Virus record (IMG/VR): IMGVR_UViG_3300047445_000186
Span: 62,001-126,000 of that record
Strand: one strand, 5' to 3'
Length of the DNA: 64,000 bases
The number at the start of each line of letters is the position of its first letter. Positions within the stretch are counted from its first letter, which is position 1. Shown here piece after piece: positions 18,855 through 28,623 of the stretch. Under the pieces are notes generated by a model. The model had not been told where the DNA came from, searched no databases, and saw only the letters and a list, made by a program, of their open reading frames with translations. The translations under genes were made by a program, and so were the position numbers.

Positions 18855-19018
18855 TGTTGAACGTTTTCAAAACCGTGGTCTTGCTGGCCGTATTCATCGC
18901 TCTCGGCGAGATCCTCGTTCGAATCGCTTTTCTCGGCGCAGTCCTGTCCACGACTGCGTTCCTCGTGTTCTGCTGCTTCCTAGCTTGGATTGCTCGAGGT
19001 CTCCTATGGCGTAGCTAG
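18854..19018 (+). CDS. small two-TM membrane protein (54 aa)
   Basis: Not in track; TAATG coupling; MLNVFKTVVLLAVFIALGEILVRIAFLGAVLSTTAFLVFCCFLAWIARGLLWRS, ends TAG. Confidence 0.65.
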   Translation: MLNVFKTVVLLAVFIALGEILVRIAFLGAVLSTTAFLVFCCFLAWIARGLLWRS

Positions 19019-19034
19019 CCTCCTGCTAGCCCTC

Positions 19035-19069
19035 AGGGCCTACACTTCGTGAGAGGTGTAGGCCCTTTC
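19035..19069 (+). terminator. terminator hairpin
   Basis: AGGGCCTACAC...GTGTAGGCCCT-TTC. Confidence 0.7.
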
Positions 19070-19155
19070 AGCTTTCCGGATTCGATGCAACCGGCGACCC
19101 CTCGTGTAGCCAGATCGCCTAAATACAGCTGAAGCAGCCAGCACAGGAGCAGGCC

Positions 19156-19329
19156 GTGAAGTTGTATGATTTTTCCGTGTACGCTAAAAAGCGTGAAGTT
19201 CAGCTCAGTGCTGCACGGGTCCTTGCGCTCAAGGAACGACTGCACGAACCTGGGATCGTGCTTGAACTCAAACGCGAGGTTCAAGACTGGCTAGTCCTCC
19301 ACCAAGAGGTCTCGCACAAGGCGTCCTAG
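19156..19329 (+). CDS. small late protein, MKLxD/E-type N-terminus (57 aa)
   Basis: Not in track; TAAATA 19120, AGGAG SD, GTG start, MKLYDFSVYAKKREVQL... Confidence 0.55.
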   Translation: MKLYDFSVYAKKREVQLSAARVLALKERLHEPGIVLELKREVQDWLVLHQEVSHKAS

Positions 19330-19371
19330 TTCCTGGATTCAGTTGCGAGGCTGAGCAACTAGAATCTAGAG

Positions 19372-20175
19372 ATGAGTACCAAATACATCCGTGTCGCAAG
19401 CGACCTGCACCTTGAGGGGTTCATGGGTCGAAACATCGAGACCCTGCAAATCGACATGCTTCCAAAGCATGAGAACGACGCCGAGTCAATTCTTGTTCTC
19501 GCTGGCGACATCAGCTCCAGCCCCACGCAGCTCTGCCAGTTCCTGAAGGTAATCGAGAATCGATTCCGTCGCGTCGTGTACGTGCCAGGAAATCACGAGT
19601 ACTACAACAACGACTTCTCGACTTGGACTCCAGCAGTCCGTGACGCGCTCGAACAGAACTGTCCGAATACCTCGGCTGCTCTGAGCGAAGTGAAGATCGA
19701 AATCATCGACGGAATTCGGTTCATCTTCGGCACGCTTTGGGCCGATGGTGGCGACAGTCTGCACTCCCAAGCGAAGGTTGGCGCTGGTCTCTGGGACTTC
19801 AGCATCATCCGCGACAAGGGAATGCGGTTCACGGTTCAAGACATGCAGCAAGTCCACAAGGCGCAGAAGTCGCAGATCAAGCAAGCTCTTGCGATGCCGT
19901 TCGAAGGGAAGACGATCGTCGTGTCCCATCACATGCCTTCGTACCGTCTGTGCCATCCGCGTTTCGGTACCGAGATAAACGGTGGATTCGCTTCGAACTG
20001 TGACGCGATTTTGGCAGGTGACGATCACCCAGACATCTGGATTCACGGTCATACGCACGACACGATCGACACTGAGCTGTTCGAGACTCGAATTGTCTGC
20101 AATCCACGCGGATACCAACGCGAGGCGAACAAGTCCGAGTTCAACACGTTCGCGCCGAAGTTCATCGATGTCTAA
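19372..20175 (+). CDS. calcineurin-like metallophosphoesterase
   Basis: SDLH, LAGD, GNHEY, SHH, HGHTH motifs. Confidence 0.93.
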   Translation: MSTKYIRVASDLHLEGFMGRNIETLQIDMLPKHENDAESILVLAGDISSSPTQLCQFLKVIENRFRRVVYVPGNHEYYNNDFSTWTPAVRDALEQNCPNTSAALSEVKIEIIDGIRFIFGTLWADGGDSLHSQAKVGAGLWDFSIIRDKGMRFTVQDMQQVHKAQKSQIKQALAMPFEGKTIVVSHHMPSYRLCHPRFGTEINGGFASNCDAILAGDDHPDIWIHGHTHDTIDTELFETRIVCNPRGYQREANKSEFNTFAPKFIDV

Positions 20176-20602
20176 CGTTGTTGACTTCACTGCGAGGCGG
20201 CAAGCGAAAGTTTCGCCGCCTCCGAAAATTCCTACGATTTTCGAGATCAACGTCGAGCAAGTCGATGCGCTGATTGGCGACTGGGAGAAGATGGTTCGAG
20301 CGAATCGCTTGAATGACTACTTCAAGACGGCCTTGCCAAACGTGATCGGCTTCGACAGCACCGTGAACTACATGGCGGATCTGAACGAGATCGCTCGAGT
20401 CGAGATCAAGCTTGGGATCGGTCCTGTCGTGTTCTTCCCTGGGAACTCGGAGAAGAACAAGCTCGGCTGGATCTGCGAGTACAAGATCGGGAACGACTTC
20501 ATCGCGACCCCGGAGCTCATGAGCGAGTGCTACGCTCGGACGTTCGGGATTCTGCTGTACTTGAAAGTGAAGAGAGCAGCCCTGCAAAGCGGCGCGATTT
20601 AG
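20168..20602 (+). CDS. hypothetical protein
   Basis: MSNVVDFTARRQ start overlapping the upstream stop; ends TAG. Confidence 0.75.
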   Translation: MSNVVDFTARRQAKVSPPPKIPTIFEINVEQVDALIGDWEKMVRANRLNDYFKTALPNVIGFDSTVNYMADLNEIARVEIKLGIGPVVFFPGNSEKNKLGWICEYKIGNDFIATPELMSECYARTFGILLYLKVKRAALQSGAI

Positions 20603-20623
20603 AGGCATTAGGTGGCAGATAGC
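20601..20623 (+). repeat. dispersed intergenic motif, copy 2
   Basis: AGAGGCATTAGGTGGCAGATAGC, one mismatch to copy 1. Confidence 0.9.
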
Positions 20624-20675
20624 CGCCGTTACAATCGTTACAGATTGGACCTGCAGGATGTAGTACAATTCATCC

Positions 20676-21086
20676 ATGCACAAACAACCTCTCACTCCTG
20701 AACAAGAACAGTTCGTTCGCGAACTTGAAGGTGCCAAGGCGATCGCTGAAGCCGCTGACAAGCGCCTGAGCGATGTTCGCAAGAAGTGCAAGCACTTGTT
20801 CACGAGCTTGACCGACGAGATGCGCGGAGAGCTGAGGACGCTCTCGCAGAAGTCGTGGAAGTACGACAGCGCTGATTGCCTGCTCTGCCAGCGCTCGTTC
20901 GGATACCGCTGCCCCGACAGCCCCGACACAGTGTGTCACTACTACACGGAATCCGTGCCGTTCACTGCGCAGAACGGTGTGCGACTGGTCACCGGCGAAT
21001 TCGTGGACTACCCCGAAGGCCACGACGTCGAGAACGAAACCGATGATCAGTGCATCTTCTGCGGCCAACCCGAGGAGCGCAAGTAA
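20676..21086 (+). CDS. Cys-rich hypothetical protein
   Basis: Behind the TACAATTCA promoter at 20664; CxxC, CPDSP...CHY and CIFCG motifs. Confidence 0.8.
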   Translation: MHKQPLTPEQEQFVRELEGAKAIAEAADKRLSDVRKKCKHLFTSLTDEMRGELRTLSQKSWKYDSADCLLCQRSFGYRCPDSPDTVCHYYTESVPFTAQNGVRLVTGEFVDYPEGHDVENETDDQCIFCGQPEERK

Positions 21087-21202
21087 TGGACTTCCACGAC
21101 GCGTTCAGCGAAGCGGCTCTCGACGAGTTCAACCTGTACTGGAACCACGGGTACTCGATCTGGGATTTCGGACCAATGTTCTGCATGGGAGGCGAACTGT
21201 GA
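21086..21202 (+). CDS. small hypothetical protein (38 aa)
   Basis: TAATG and GTGA coupling on both sides. Confidence 0.5.
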   Translation: MDFHDAFSEAALDEFNLYWNHGYSIWDFGPMFCMGGEL

Positions 21203-21519
21203 AGCACATCGACGGTTACATTTTCATTCCGTACGGCGGCCAACGTCGATTCGGTCTGAAGACGCACGATCGCCTTGACGGCCAGGTGGTGATGTTCGTG
21301 GATCCTCGCCCCGAGCTGAACATGATGTTCCCACATCAAACGGCCCCGACCTGCCGTGCACTCACGTGCGATCGTGAAGACGAAGAAATCATGGGCCTCG
21401 TGATGGACAAAACCGCGGACGCCGCGCTGAAGCTCGGTGCCGGCAAGAACACGTACATCAAGTTGGAGAATGGCGTGCACATCATTCTCGTCAATCCTGG
21501 AAAGGTCACCAATGTCTGA
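21199..21519 (+). CDS. hypothetical protein
   Basis: GTG start overlapping the upstream stop. Confidence 0.65.
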   Translation: MKHIDGYIFIPYGGQRRFGLKTHDRLDGQVVMFVDPRPELNMMFPHQTAPTCRALTCDREDEEIMGLVMDKTADAALKLGAGKNTYIKLENGVHIILVNPGKVTNV

Positions 21520-23215
21520 AGTCGCTGAATCCCGCACCGAGTTCGTTTCCTTCCGCGTCGACGGCGGCTGGCTCGCGGATTTCGCTCGCACCCGTCTCGA
21601 AGAAGGCGCGTGGGACCGAGCTCTCTCGCTCTTGACCGACTCGCTCGATGGCCTGACGACCGATCAAGCGGTCGCGATCTTGAAGGGTGAAGCCACCCTC
21701 ACTGGCGACTCGAGCGACAAGGAAGGGATCGGGTACAAGGTTCTCCCGAAGACCGGCAAGCTCGCGAAGAAGATGCAAGATCGCTTGGACTACATGTACG
21801 GGAACATCTTCCGTCGTGGTGACGAGCTCTGGAAACCGTACGCCCTCGTGTCGGGCTGGGACAAGGAGGACTGGCACTTCGCGAACAGCTTCAAGGGCAC
21901 GTACCGCATGGAAGGCGTCCGCGACGACAAGTACCTCGCGGGTCTGCGTTCCCTGTACTACGCGAACGATCCGAACAAGGACATGCTTCTGCGAATCGCC
22001 GAGCGCTGGGTCGGTGATCAAGTGATCGCGGATGTCCTGTGCGAACGCGTGAAGGGCATGCCACCGTTCTGGTACAAGGTCAGTACGAACGATCCGAAGA
22101 AGTTCATCGAGGAACGACTGAACAAGCGTGGACTTCCGATCCGTGGCGCCGTGTTTGGCAGCAAGGGCGAGATCACGAAGTACAGCAATCAAGATCTGAA
22201 GCCTGAAGACATCACGGCGCTCGAAGCCGCGCGATCAATCGAAGAGAAGGCCGACACGATCGCCCCACCCACGCTCTTGAGCGACAAGGGCGAAGACGCG
22301 ATGAACGACATGGCGGCCAAGGACCTGTTCGCCGAGCTCCTCGCGACCACGACTTCGTACCTCGTGTCCGCACCGACCGACTACGCGGAACTTCGCGAGA
22401 TGGATCGCGTGTTCGAGAAAGGCGTTGACACCCTGCACCGTCATGCCACGGGCGATCAGTGGGAGATGATCGACGAGCTTCGCAAGAAGTTCAGCACCGA
22501 GCGAGAACGCATCCTTGGCGATCAAGTCCGCGCACAAGCCGACGAACATGGTGGTTGGCTCGAACTTCCGCTGATGTATAAGGGGAAGCCGTACACGAAG
22601 CAGCGCACATTGCGAGTGCCGAAGAATCCGTTCCTGTACTGGTCGCTTCGGTACTTCAACTTCGAAGATCATGGTCACGCGAAGCCGCACTGGGACTTCG
22701 TCGCCGGCTCTGGCCACAAGATGATGAACGACGATCCGTACCACACGGACTGGATGCTCGGTGCTGGTGTTCCGCTTGACGAGGCGTACAGCCACGAAGA
22801 CGGCAGCTTCGGTGAGATCGTTCGCTCGAGCTCGTACGAGTTGAAGAACAAGCTTGTTCGAGAGTACACGGGCCATGCGTTCACGACGCTGACCAAGGGC
22901 GACAAGACGTACATCTCCGGTGAGGTCGTATTCCCGAAGCCGAACGAACGAGTTCCGACTGGTTCAATCGCGATCGTGCCGCATGCCGGCCCAGAGTACC
23001 AGCTCGCCATGGAGTCTGCGAACATGGAAAGCCTCGAAGGATATCGTGGCTGCATCATCTGCGAAACTGGCGGAAAGCTCGCGCATCTCGTGGTCGTCGG
23101 TCGAGAGTTCAAGTGCACCGTGTTGATGATGCCAGGCGCAACGAAGATGTACCGCAAGGGTGATCGGGTCTCGATCGACCTGAATGAAGGTACGATCACG
23201 AATCAGATTTTCTGA
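21512..23215 (+). CDS. large protein with C-terminal phosphohistidine swivel (PEP-utiliser mobile)-like domain
   Basis: C-terminal IICETGGKLAHLVVVGREFKCTVLMMPGAT...GDRVSIDLNEGTI matches T-x-x-GG-x-x-x-H-x-x-x-V-x-RE-x-G-x-P...G-x-x-V-x-VDG-x-x-G. Confidence 0.75.
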   Translation: MSEVAESRTEFVSFRVDGGWLADFARTRLEEGAWDRALSLLTDSLDGLTTDQAVAILKGEATLTGDSSDKEGIGYKVLPKTGKLAKKMQDRLDYMYGNIFRRGDELWKPYALVSGWDKEDWHFANSFKGTYRMEGVRDDKYLAGLRSLYYANDPNKDMLLRIAERWVGDQVIADVLCERVKGMPPFWYKVSTNDPKKFIEERLNKRGLPIRGAVFGSKGEITKYSNQDLKPEDITALEAARSIEEKADTIAPPTLLSDKGEDAMNDMAAKDLFAELLATTTSYLVSAPTDYAELREMDRVFEKGVDTLHRHATGDQWEMIDELRKKFSTERERILGDQVRAQADEHGGWLELPLMYKGKPYTKQRTLRVPKNPFLYWSLRYFNFEDHGHAKPHWDFVAGSGHKMMNDDPYHTDWMLGAGVPLDEAYSHEDGSFGEIVRSSSYELKNKLVREYTGHAFTTLTKGDKTYISGEVVFPKPNERVPTGSIAIVPHAGPEYQLAMESANMESLEGYRGCIICETGGKLAHLVVVGREFKCTVLMMPGATKMYRKGDRVSIDLNEGTITNQIF

Positions 23216-23228
23216 TACAATACGGGCT

Positions 23229-23432
23229 ATGAAGCCCGTTAACAAACCGAATCTTGGCCGCCAGCCGCTTGGTCCTCTGATCAAGTCGTCACTGGCGGCC
23301 TTCGTGCAAAAGCGCGAACCAGACGAGCTCGTGATCGTGCATCACTACACTGACACTCGCACGAAGCTCCAACTCGAAGTCGAGCGTCGCTCCAGCACAC
23401 TGGGGCTCTCATTCGAACGAATTGTTCTCTGA
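23229..23432 (+). CDS. hypothetical protein
   Basis: Packed ORF; TGATG coupling to the next gene. Confidence 0.55.
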   Translation: MKPVNKPNLGRQPLGPLIKSSLAAFVQKREPDELVIVHHYTDTRTKLQLEVERRSSTLGLSFERIVL

Positions 23433-23980
23433 TGGCGCAGCAAGTCTTTCACAAGGAGCTCACGCTCCGCGAGGGCTTCCTTGTATCTGAACTTCCAAAG
23501 CGCTCGCGTCTGATCAATGGTCGAGAGGTTGGCCTCTGTTCTGGCATCAAGCTATTCACCGCAATGCAAGGTCGGCCGATCAAGTGCTGGAAGTGCGAAG
23601 CGGTCGCTGATCGCTGGATTCTCGGCAAGGGTAAGAACGACAAGCTCAGTTCGCCAACGCTGAATCTGTACGCGACTCGCACTGTGAAGCGGAAAATGTT
23701 CGGCAAGAAGCGAGTTCTGCAAGAGCTCGTGATGATGACACGCGATCACATCATTCCAAAGAGTCTCGGCGGCGTGGACTTGAACGAGAATCTCCGCCCT
23801 GGTTGCGAAGACTGCAACTCTGATCGTGGCCATGCAATGGATGAAGCTGATCTGCTGTTCATGGCGAATCATCCCCATCTGATTGACGAAGAGCGTCGAC
23901 TTCAGGGTCTTGAGAACCAGCGTCGGGCTGAGCTTCGACGACAAGAGCAAGCTCGAGCTCGAGACGCCGCTCTAACCTGA
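23432..23980 (+). CDS. HNH endonuclease-domain protein
   Basis: CWKC...MTRDHIIPKSLGGVDLNENLRPGCEDCNSDRG. Confidence 0.85.
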   Translation: MAQQVFHKELTLREGFLVSELPKRSRLINGREVGLCSGIKLFTAMQGRPIKCWKCEAVADRWILGKGKNDKLSSPTLNLYATRTVKRKMFGKKRVLQELVMMTRDHIIPKSLGGVDLNENLRPGCEDCNSDRGHAMDEADLLFMANHPHLIDEERRLQGLENQRRAELRRQEQARARDAALT

Positions 23981-24049
23981 TCCAAATCTGCACCCCCTGA
24001 TCTTTCCTTGTCCGCGTACAATGAGGTACGCAATAAACAAGGAAAGAAA

Positions 24050-25321
24050 ATGGTTGCAGAACTCAAAGAACACGTCAACAAGCGCTCGCTTGTCACAGCC
24101 CGTACAATCGACGGTCTGTTCCCAATTGAAGGCGCTGACGCAATCGAAGTAGCGCAAGTCGATGGCTGGAAAGTCGTCGTGAAGAAGGGCGAGTTCAACG
24201 TGAACGACCCCTGCCTGTACTTCGAAATCGACAGCTTCCTGCCTGAAGGAAATCCCGCTTGGCAGTTCCTCGTGGACAAGCAACCGAAGGTGTTCAACGG
24301 CGTGCGTGGTCACAAGCTCAGAACGATCAAGCTCCGCGGTCAGATCAGCCAAGGGTTCGTAGTTCCGTACAAGGCGTTCCCAATCGTTGTCGCGGCCGTG
24401 ACGAACGACACGACGTTCCCAGTCCCTGAAGAACTGCGCGCTGAGTTCGACAATCTCGTGTTCGGTATGCACGAGCACGAAGCTCAGCTCGACGCTCGAG
24501 ACATGGACTTCAGCGATCTGCTTGGCGTGACGAAGTGGGAAGTCCAGCTTGCGGCGAATCTGCAAGGTCAAGCCGAAGGTCTGTTCCCGTCGTTCATCCA
24601 GAAGACGGACCAAGAGCGTTGCCAGAATCTGAAGAACGAAATCTTTGGGTACGAGGACCTCGTGATTCCGGCTAATGAGCACCGTCCAGAAATCGTTCGG
24701 AGGGCCCTGGCGTCGCCTGATGACGCGTACGAGATCACGGTCAAGCTTGATGGCTCGTCGATGACGGCGTTCGGTCGTGGCGTCATTGAGCAGGACGGCG
24801 AACAGTCGCACCTGAACATCGATGTCGGCGTATGCTCGCGTAACCTGCAGCTCAAGGTCAACGAAGCGAACGCAGAAAACTCGTTCATCAAAACGTCGAC
24901 AGACTCTGGATTGCTGCAAGCGATCATGTTCTACGTGCGTGAAACTGGTGAATCGATTGCCGTTCAAGGTGAGCTCATGGGCCCGAACATCCAAGGCAAC
25001 CGTGAACAACTCACGAAGGCGGCGTTCTATCTGTTCGACGTGTACCTCATCAATGAGGGTCGGTACGCCACGCCGATCGAGCGCGGTGAAGTGTTCCGCA
25101 GGCTCGTCGAGCTTGGTGCGAAGATCGAGCACACGCCGATCAAGCACGCGAAGACAACGCTCATTGAGCTCGGCCTGAAGACGATCGACGATCTGTTGAA
25201 GTTCGCTGAAGGTCCGTCGATCAAGCACCCGATCCGCGAAGGTCTCGTGTTCAAGCGACTGGACGGCAAGTTCAGCTTCAAGGCGATCTCGAACAAGTAC
25301 CTCGAAAAAGAGAAGGACTGA
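24050..25321 (+). CDS. RNA ligase, Rnl2/DRB0094-like with N-terminal OB domain
   Basis: IEGADAIE...GWKVVVKKGEF...YFEIDSFLP...LRGQISQG N-domain; VKLDGSS, QGELMGP, FYLFDV, REGLVFK, FKAISNKYL. Confidence 0.92.
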   Translation: MVAELKEHVNKRSLVTARTIDGLFPIEGADAIEVAQVDGWKVVVKKGEFNVNDPCLYFEIDSFLPEGNPAWQFLVDKQPKVFNGVRGHKLRTIKLRGQISQGFVVPYKAFPIVVAAVTNDTTFPVPEELRAEFDNLVFGMHEHEAQLDARDMDFSDLLGVTKWEVQLAANLQGQAEGLFPSFIQKTDQERCQNLKNEIFGYEDLVIPANEHRPEIVRRALASPDDAYEITVKLDGSSMTAFGRGVIEQDGEQSHLNIDVGVCSRNLQLKVNEANAENSFIKTSTDSGLLQAIMFYVRETGESIAVQGELMGPNIQGNREQLTKAAFYLFDVYLINEGRYATPIERGEVFRRLVELGAKIEHTPIKHAKTTLIELGLKTIDDLLKFAEGPSIKHPIREGLVFKRLDGKFSFKAISNKYLEKEKD

Positions 25322-25415
25322 TCATCCCGACGCGAACTCGAACCCTCGTTACACTCGTTACGAATTCGGGTTCGCGGATGTAGTACAATCACTCATCGAC
25401 AAAACGAGGATGACC

Positions 25416-25562
25416 ATGAAGCAAGCCACTCTCGACGCCGCTTTCGCAGCGCTCCAGACCGAAATCAAGAACGGGACCGAGTACCCGGACGCGATCTGGA
25501 AGATCAGCCAACGCTTCAAGGTCGATCACGAGATCATCGAAGCAATGTACGACAACCTGTGA
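25416..25562 (+). CDS. small early protein (48 aa)
   Basis: Not in track; TACAAT promoter 25384, GAGGA SD; MKQATLDAAFAALQTEIKNGTEYPDAIWKISQRF... Confidence 0.7.
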   Translation: MKQATLDAAFAALQTEIKNGTEYPDAIWKISQRFKVDHEIIEAMYDNL

Positions 25563-25570
25563 GCACGACC

Positions 25571-26071
25571 ATGGCACAAATCCTCTCCCGCGCTCGCCCC
25601 AACACCGCTGCGAACGACGCTGCGATGTACACCCCCACGCAGCAAAAGTACGACATCCGCGACAAGCTCACGGTCGATCAGTCGTGCAACGTCGAGTACG
25701 AGCGGAAGATGATCGTCCGCGAGCTGAAGATGTCGCTCTCGCGCGAAGAGCTACTCGCGATCAAGACGGCCAAGCGCTGGAATCTCTGGAGCGCACATTC
25801 GGCCCTGACCCGCTGCATCGTGGCCGAGTACGAGCTGAACATCGACGGGCATCACATCACGCAAATCTGGCGCGATGCCGAAGCACGGTACCCGCTCGTG
25901 AACATCGCCCGCACCGCCTGCGAATTCCACCCGTGCGAACCGACGAACTTCGCGCTCTCATGCATCAAGCGACTCTGGGAGAACCTGCAAGTCGCGGAAT
26001 TCATCGACACCCATCCTGCCATGACGCGGTATGCCGAAGCGCTTGACAGCTTCGCCGCCAGAAAGATCTGA
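25571..26071 (+). CDS. hypothetical protein
   Basis: Typical codon usage. Confidence 0.75.
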   Translation: MAQILSRARPNTAANDAAMYTPTQQKYDIRDKLTVDQSCNVEYERKMIVRELKMSLSREELLAIKTAKRWNLWSAHSALTRCIVAEYELNIDGHHITQIWRDAEARYPLVNIARTACEFHPCEPTNFALSCIKRLWENLQVAEFIDTHPAMTRYAEALDSFAARKI

Positions 26072-26072
26072 A

Positions 26073-26564
26073 ATGAACTGCTCACCCACCCTGACTCCCG
26101 AAGAATTCTCGGACGTGCACAACGGGAAGTGCAAGCTGTGCTCGGTGATTGAACGCCTGAGCAACGTGGTCGCCCCAGCGGTTCTTGCAGAACTGCAAGC
26201 AGCAGTGGACCTGTTGAACAAGGGTCTGCAGCGAGCGTACGATCTCGACGACGCGGAATGGGAGCGCAAGCACTCGATTGCAAAGGCAATCGGCGAGGCG
26301 AATGGCTTCAAGTCGGCCTGGAGCATCTCCGAAGTTGACAATTTCACGGCTGTTCCATTCCCGACCGCGACGCAAGTTACGTACATCGACCACTGGGGTC
26401 CACACGAGGTCTTGGTGAAGATCAAGCTGAACAGCACGTGGGAAGATCTCTGGCGCGCTGCAGATACCGCGATCGCGCTCAGCACGGATCAGCACCACAT
26501 TTTCATCGAGCGCTTCAAACTCGCCGACGACGGTTTCACCCTGATTCTCTCCACTGGAAGCTAA
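26073..26564 (+). CDS. hypothetical protein
   Basis: Packed ORF; WEDLWRAADTAI...DQHHIFIERF C-terminus. Confidence 0.8.
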   Translation: MNCSPTLTPEEFSDVHNGKCKLCSVIERLSNVVAPAVLAELQAAVDLLNKGLQRAYDLDDAEWERKHSIAKAIGEANGFKSAWSISEVDNFTAVPFPTATQVTYIDHWGPHEVLVKIKLNSTWEDLWRAADTAIALSTDQHHIFIERFKLADDGFTLILSTGS

Positions 26565-27719
26565 ATGAATCTGACTCTGATTTGGTTCTTGGTCTTGCCG
26601 ATCATCGGCGGCGCCACGATCTGGCACTTCAATCGAAACACGAGCGCTGGGGTTTTCCTCGCGCCGATCGCTTTCGTCCCTGGCGCGATCCTGATCGGTC
26701 TCGTGTTCCTGATCTCGTACGGCTCGGCCGTGATCGACACAGAGATTTGGAGCGGCCAGGTCGTTTCGAAGACTCGAAAACACGACACGTACGAGGAATC
26801 GTACGAGTGCAATTGCAAGAACGTCTCGCGAACAGTGGGCTCTGGCAAGGATGCTCGGACCGTGACCGATCGCGTTTGCGACACGTGCTACCGAACGCAC
26901 TACACCGTGGACTGGGATTGCCAGACGACCGTTGGCTCGTTCCGGATCGACCGCAAGGACAGCACATGGCGCTCAGTGTACGACTCGGCAGATCCTGCGC
27001 GGTACACGTCAATCCAGAAGGGTGACCCTGCGGCGAAGACAGCGAAGTACACGAACTACGTGCAAGCCGTACCGAACTCTCTGTTTGCTGCAGTTGGAGA
27101 GACCACAAAGGCGCGATTCGCTGGAAAGCTCCCCGCGTATCCAGATCAGATCTACGACTTCTACCGAATCAATCGGTTCCTGTCCCCTGGGTTCTCGTTC
27201 CTCGACGCTGGAAAGTGGAACGAAGACATCTCGAACATCCTTCGTGATCTCGGCCCGGCAAAGCAGGTGAATGTGATCGTGGTTGTCGCGAAGACGGACG
27301 ATCGAGCGTACACCGCTGCACTGCGTGATCACTGGGAAGGCGCGAACAAGAACGACGTTGTGCTCGTGATTGGCTCCCTCGACGGCACGAAGATCGAGTT
27401 CGCCGAGGTCATGAGCTGGACGAAGAGCGAGATCTTCAAGATTGAGCTGCAAGACCGAGTGCAAGACATTGGCGTGATCGAGCGGAATCAGATCATGAGC
27501 GCCGTGCAACAGCAGATCGTGAAGAACTTCCAACGTCGCCATATGCGAGAGTTCGAGTACCTGAAGGGCGCGATTGATCCGCCGATGTGGCTCCTTGTCA
27601 CCCTGTTGATCACGCTCGTCGCTGGTTATGGTATTGCTGCAGCAGCCCTGACGGGTGCTCTCGATCGCTTCAGTGGTCGCAATCGCCGTGGAATTTACGG
27701 TCGCCGAGTTTTTCGTTAG
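26565..27719 (+). CDS. membrane protein with large periplasmic domain
   Basis: Two N-terminal TMs, CxC...CxxC, a C-terminal TM and a basic tail; ends TAG. Confidence 0.88.
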   Translation: MNLTLIWFLVLPIIGGATIWHFNRNTSAGVFLAPIAFVPGAILIGLVFLISYGSAVIDTEIWSGQVVSKTRKHDTYEESYECNCKNVSRTVGSGKDARTVTDRVCDTCYRTHYTVDWDCQTTVGSFRIDRKDSTWRSVYDSADPARYTSIQKGDPAAKTAKYTNYVQAVPNSLFAAVGETTKARFAGKLPAYPDQIYDFYRINRFLSPGFSFLDAGKWNEDISNILRDLGPAKQVNVIVVVAKTDDRAYTAALRDHWEGANKNDVVLVIGSLDGTKIEFAEVMSWTKSEIFKIELQDRVQDIGVIERNQIMSAVQQQIVKNFQRRHMREFEYLKGAIDPPMWLLVTLLITLVAGYGIAAAALTGALDRFSGRNRRGIYGRRVFR

Positions 27720-27725
27720 GACATC

Positions 27726-27983
27726 ATGTTTCGCTTTCTGTTCAATTGCTTTCGCAAGACGCCCGTGACCCCGCTCGCTGAAGACCAAGCGACCCTCGAA
27801 GGACTGGAGAAGATCGTGCACGACTTCGGTATGCGAGTTCACGAGTACATCACGCACCCTCTTGCCGACAAGGTCCAAGCTCGCAAACTCGAGGATGTGC
27901 TGCAGTACCACGAGGAACTTGTTCACTGCGCTCGCGCGAACATCTCAACCCGAAAACTCTGGAACACACTCGGCTACAACTGA
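27726..27983 (+). CDS. hypothetical protein
   Basis: AGGA SD. Confidence 0.7.
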   Translation: MFRFLFNCFRKTPVTPLAEDQATLEGLEKIVHDFGMRVHEYITHPLADKVQARKLEDVLQYHEELVHCARANISTRKLWNTLGYN

Positions 27984-28024
27984 GCTAGAATTCAACTCTC
28001 ATCAAACCACTGGAGAAGATCATC

Positions 28025-28612
28025 ATGAAGAAACAAGTTGGAATGGCTCTGTCGAGCCTCCTGGTCCTGATCGGCACGATCGCCCTGATCGCGCTGCTCG
28101 TGATCCCCTCGTACATCTCGGCCGCGAACTACGGGAACAAGGTCGAGAACACGCTGAACGCGAAGATCGAAGACAACGAGAACATCTACGCCCAAGGCAC
28201 CCAAGCGGTCATGGAAATCGCGCAGGTTCCGACGATGATGAAGAACGATCTTCTCGAGCTCGTGAAAGCCGAAATCCAGGGGAAGTACGGCAAGGACGGC
28301 TCGCAAGCTACCGTGCAGTTCCTTCGTGATCGCAATATCCCAATCGACGCCTCGATGTACAAGGCGATCCAACAGCAGATCCTCGCGTTCCGGAACAAGT
28401 TCGAAGTCGCTCAACGTGAAATGCTCGATCAGCGGAACACGTACCAAATCGCGCTCGGCACCGTCTGGCAAGGCATGTGGCTGAAGTTCGCCGGCTATCC
28501 GAAGATCGATCTGAAGAAGTTCACGATCGTGACGACCGAAAAGGCTCGTGCAACGTTCGAAACGAAGCGTGACAGCGGCATCAATCTCGGTGGCCTTCGC
28601 CCCGCTCAGTAA
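28025..28612 (+). CDS. membrane-anchored helical protein (LemA-like, tentative)
   Basis: TAGAATTCA promoter 27986; N-terminal TM then YISAANYGN and amphipathic helices ending ...FAGYP. Confidence 0.8.
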   Translation: MKKQVGMALSSLLVLIGTIALIALLVIPSYISAANYGNKVENTLNAKIEDNENIYAQGTQAVMEIAQVPTMMKNDLLELVKAEIQGKYGKDGSQATVQFLRDRNIPIDASMYKAIQQQILAFRNKFEVAQREMLDQRNTYQIALGTVWQGMWLKFAGYPKIDLKKFTIVTTEKARATFETKRDSGINLGGLRPAQ

Positions 28613-28623
28613 GGACTACGGCC

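Noticed and set aside
23432-23980. HNH gene as an intron-encoded or mobile homing element
   Set aside because: It is translationally coupled to its neighbour, interrupts no gene, and has no group I/II intron structure around it.
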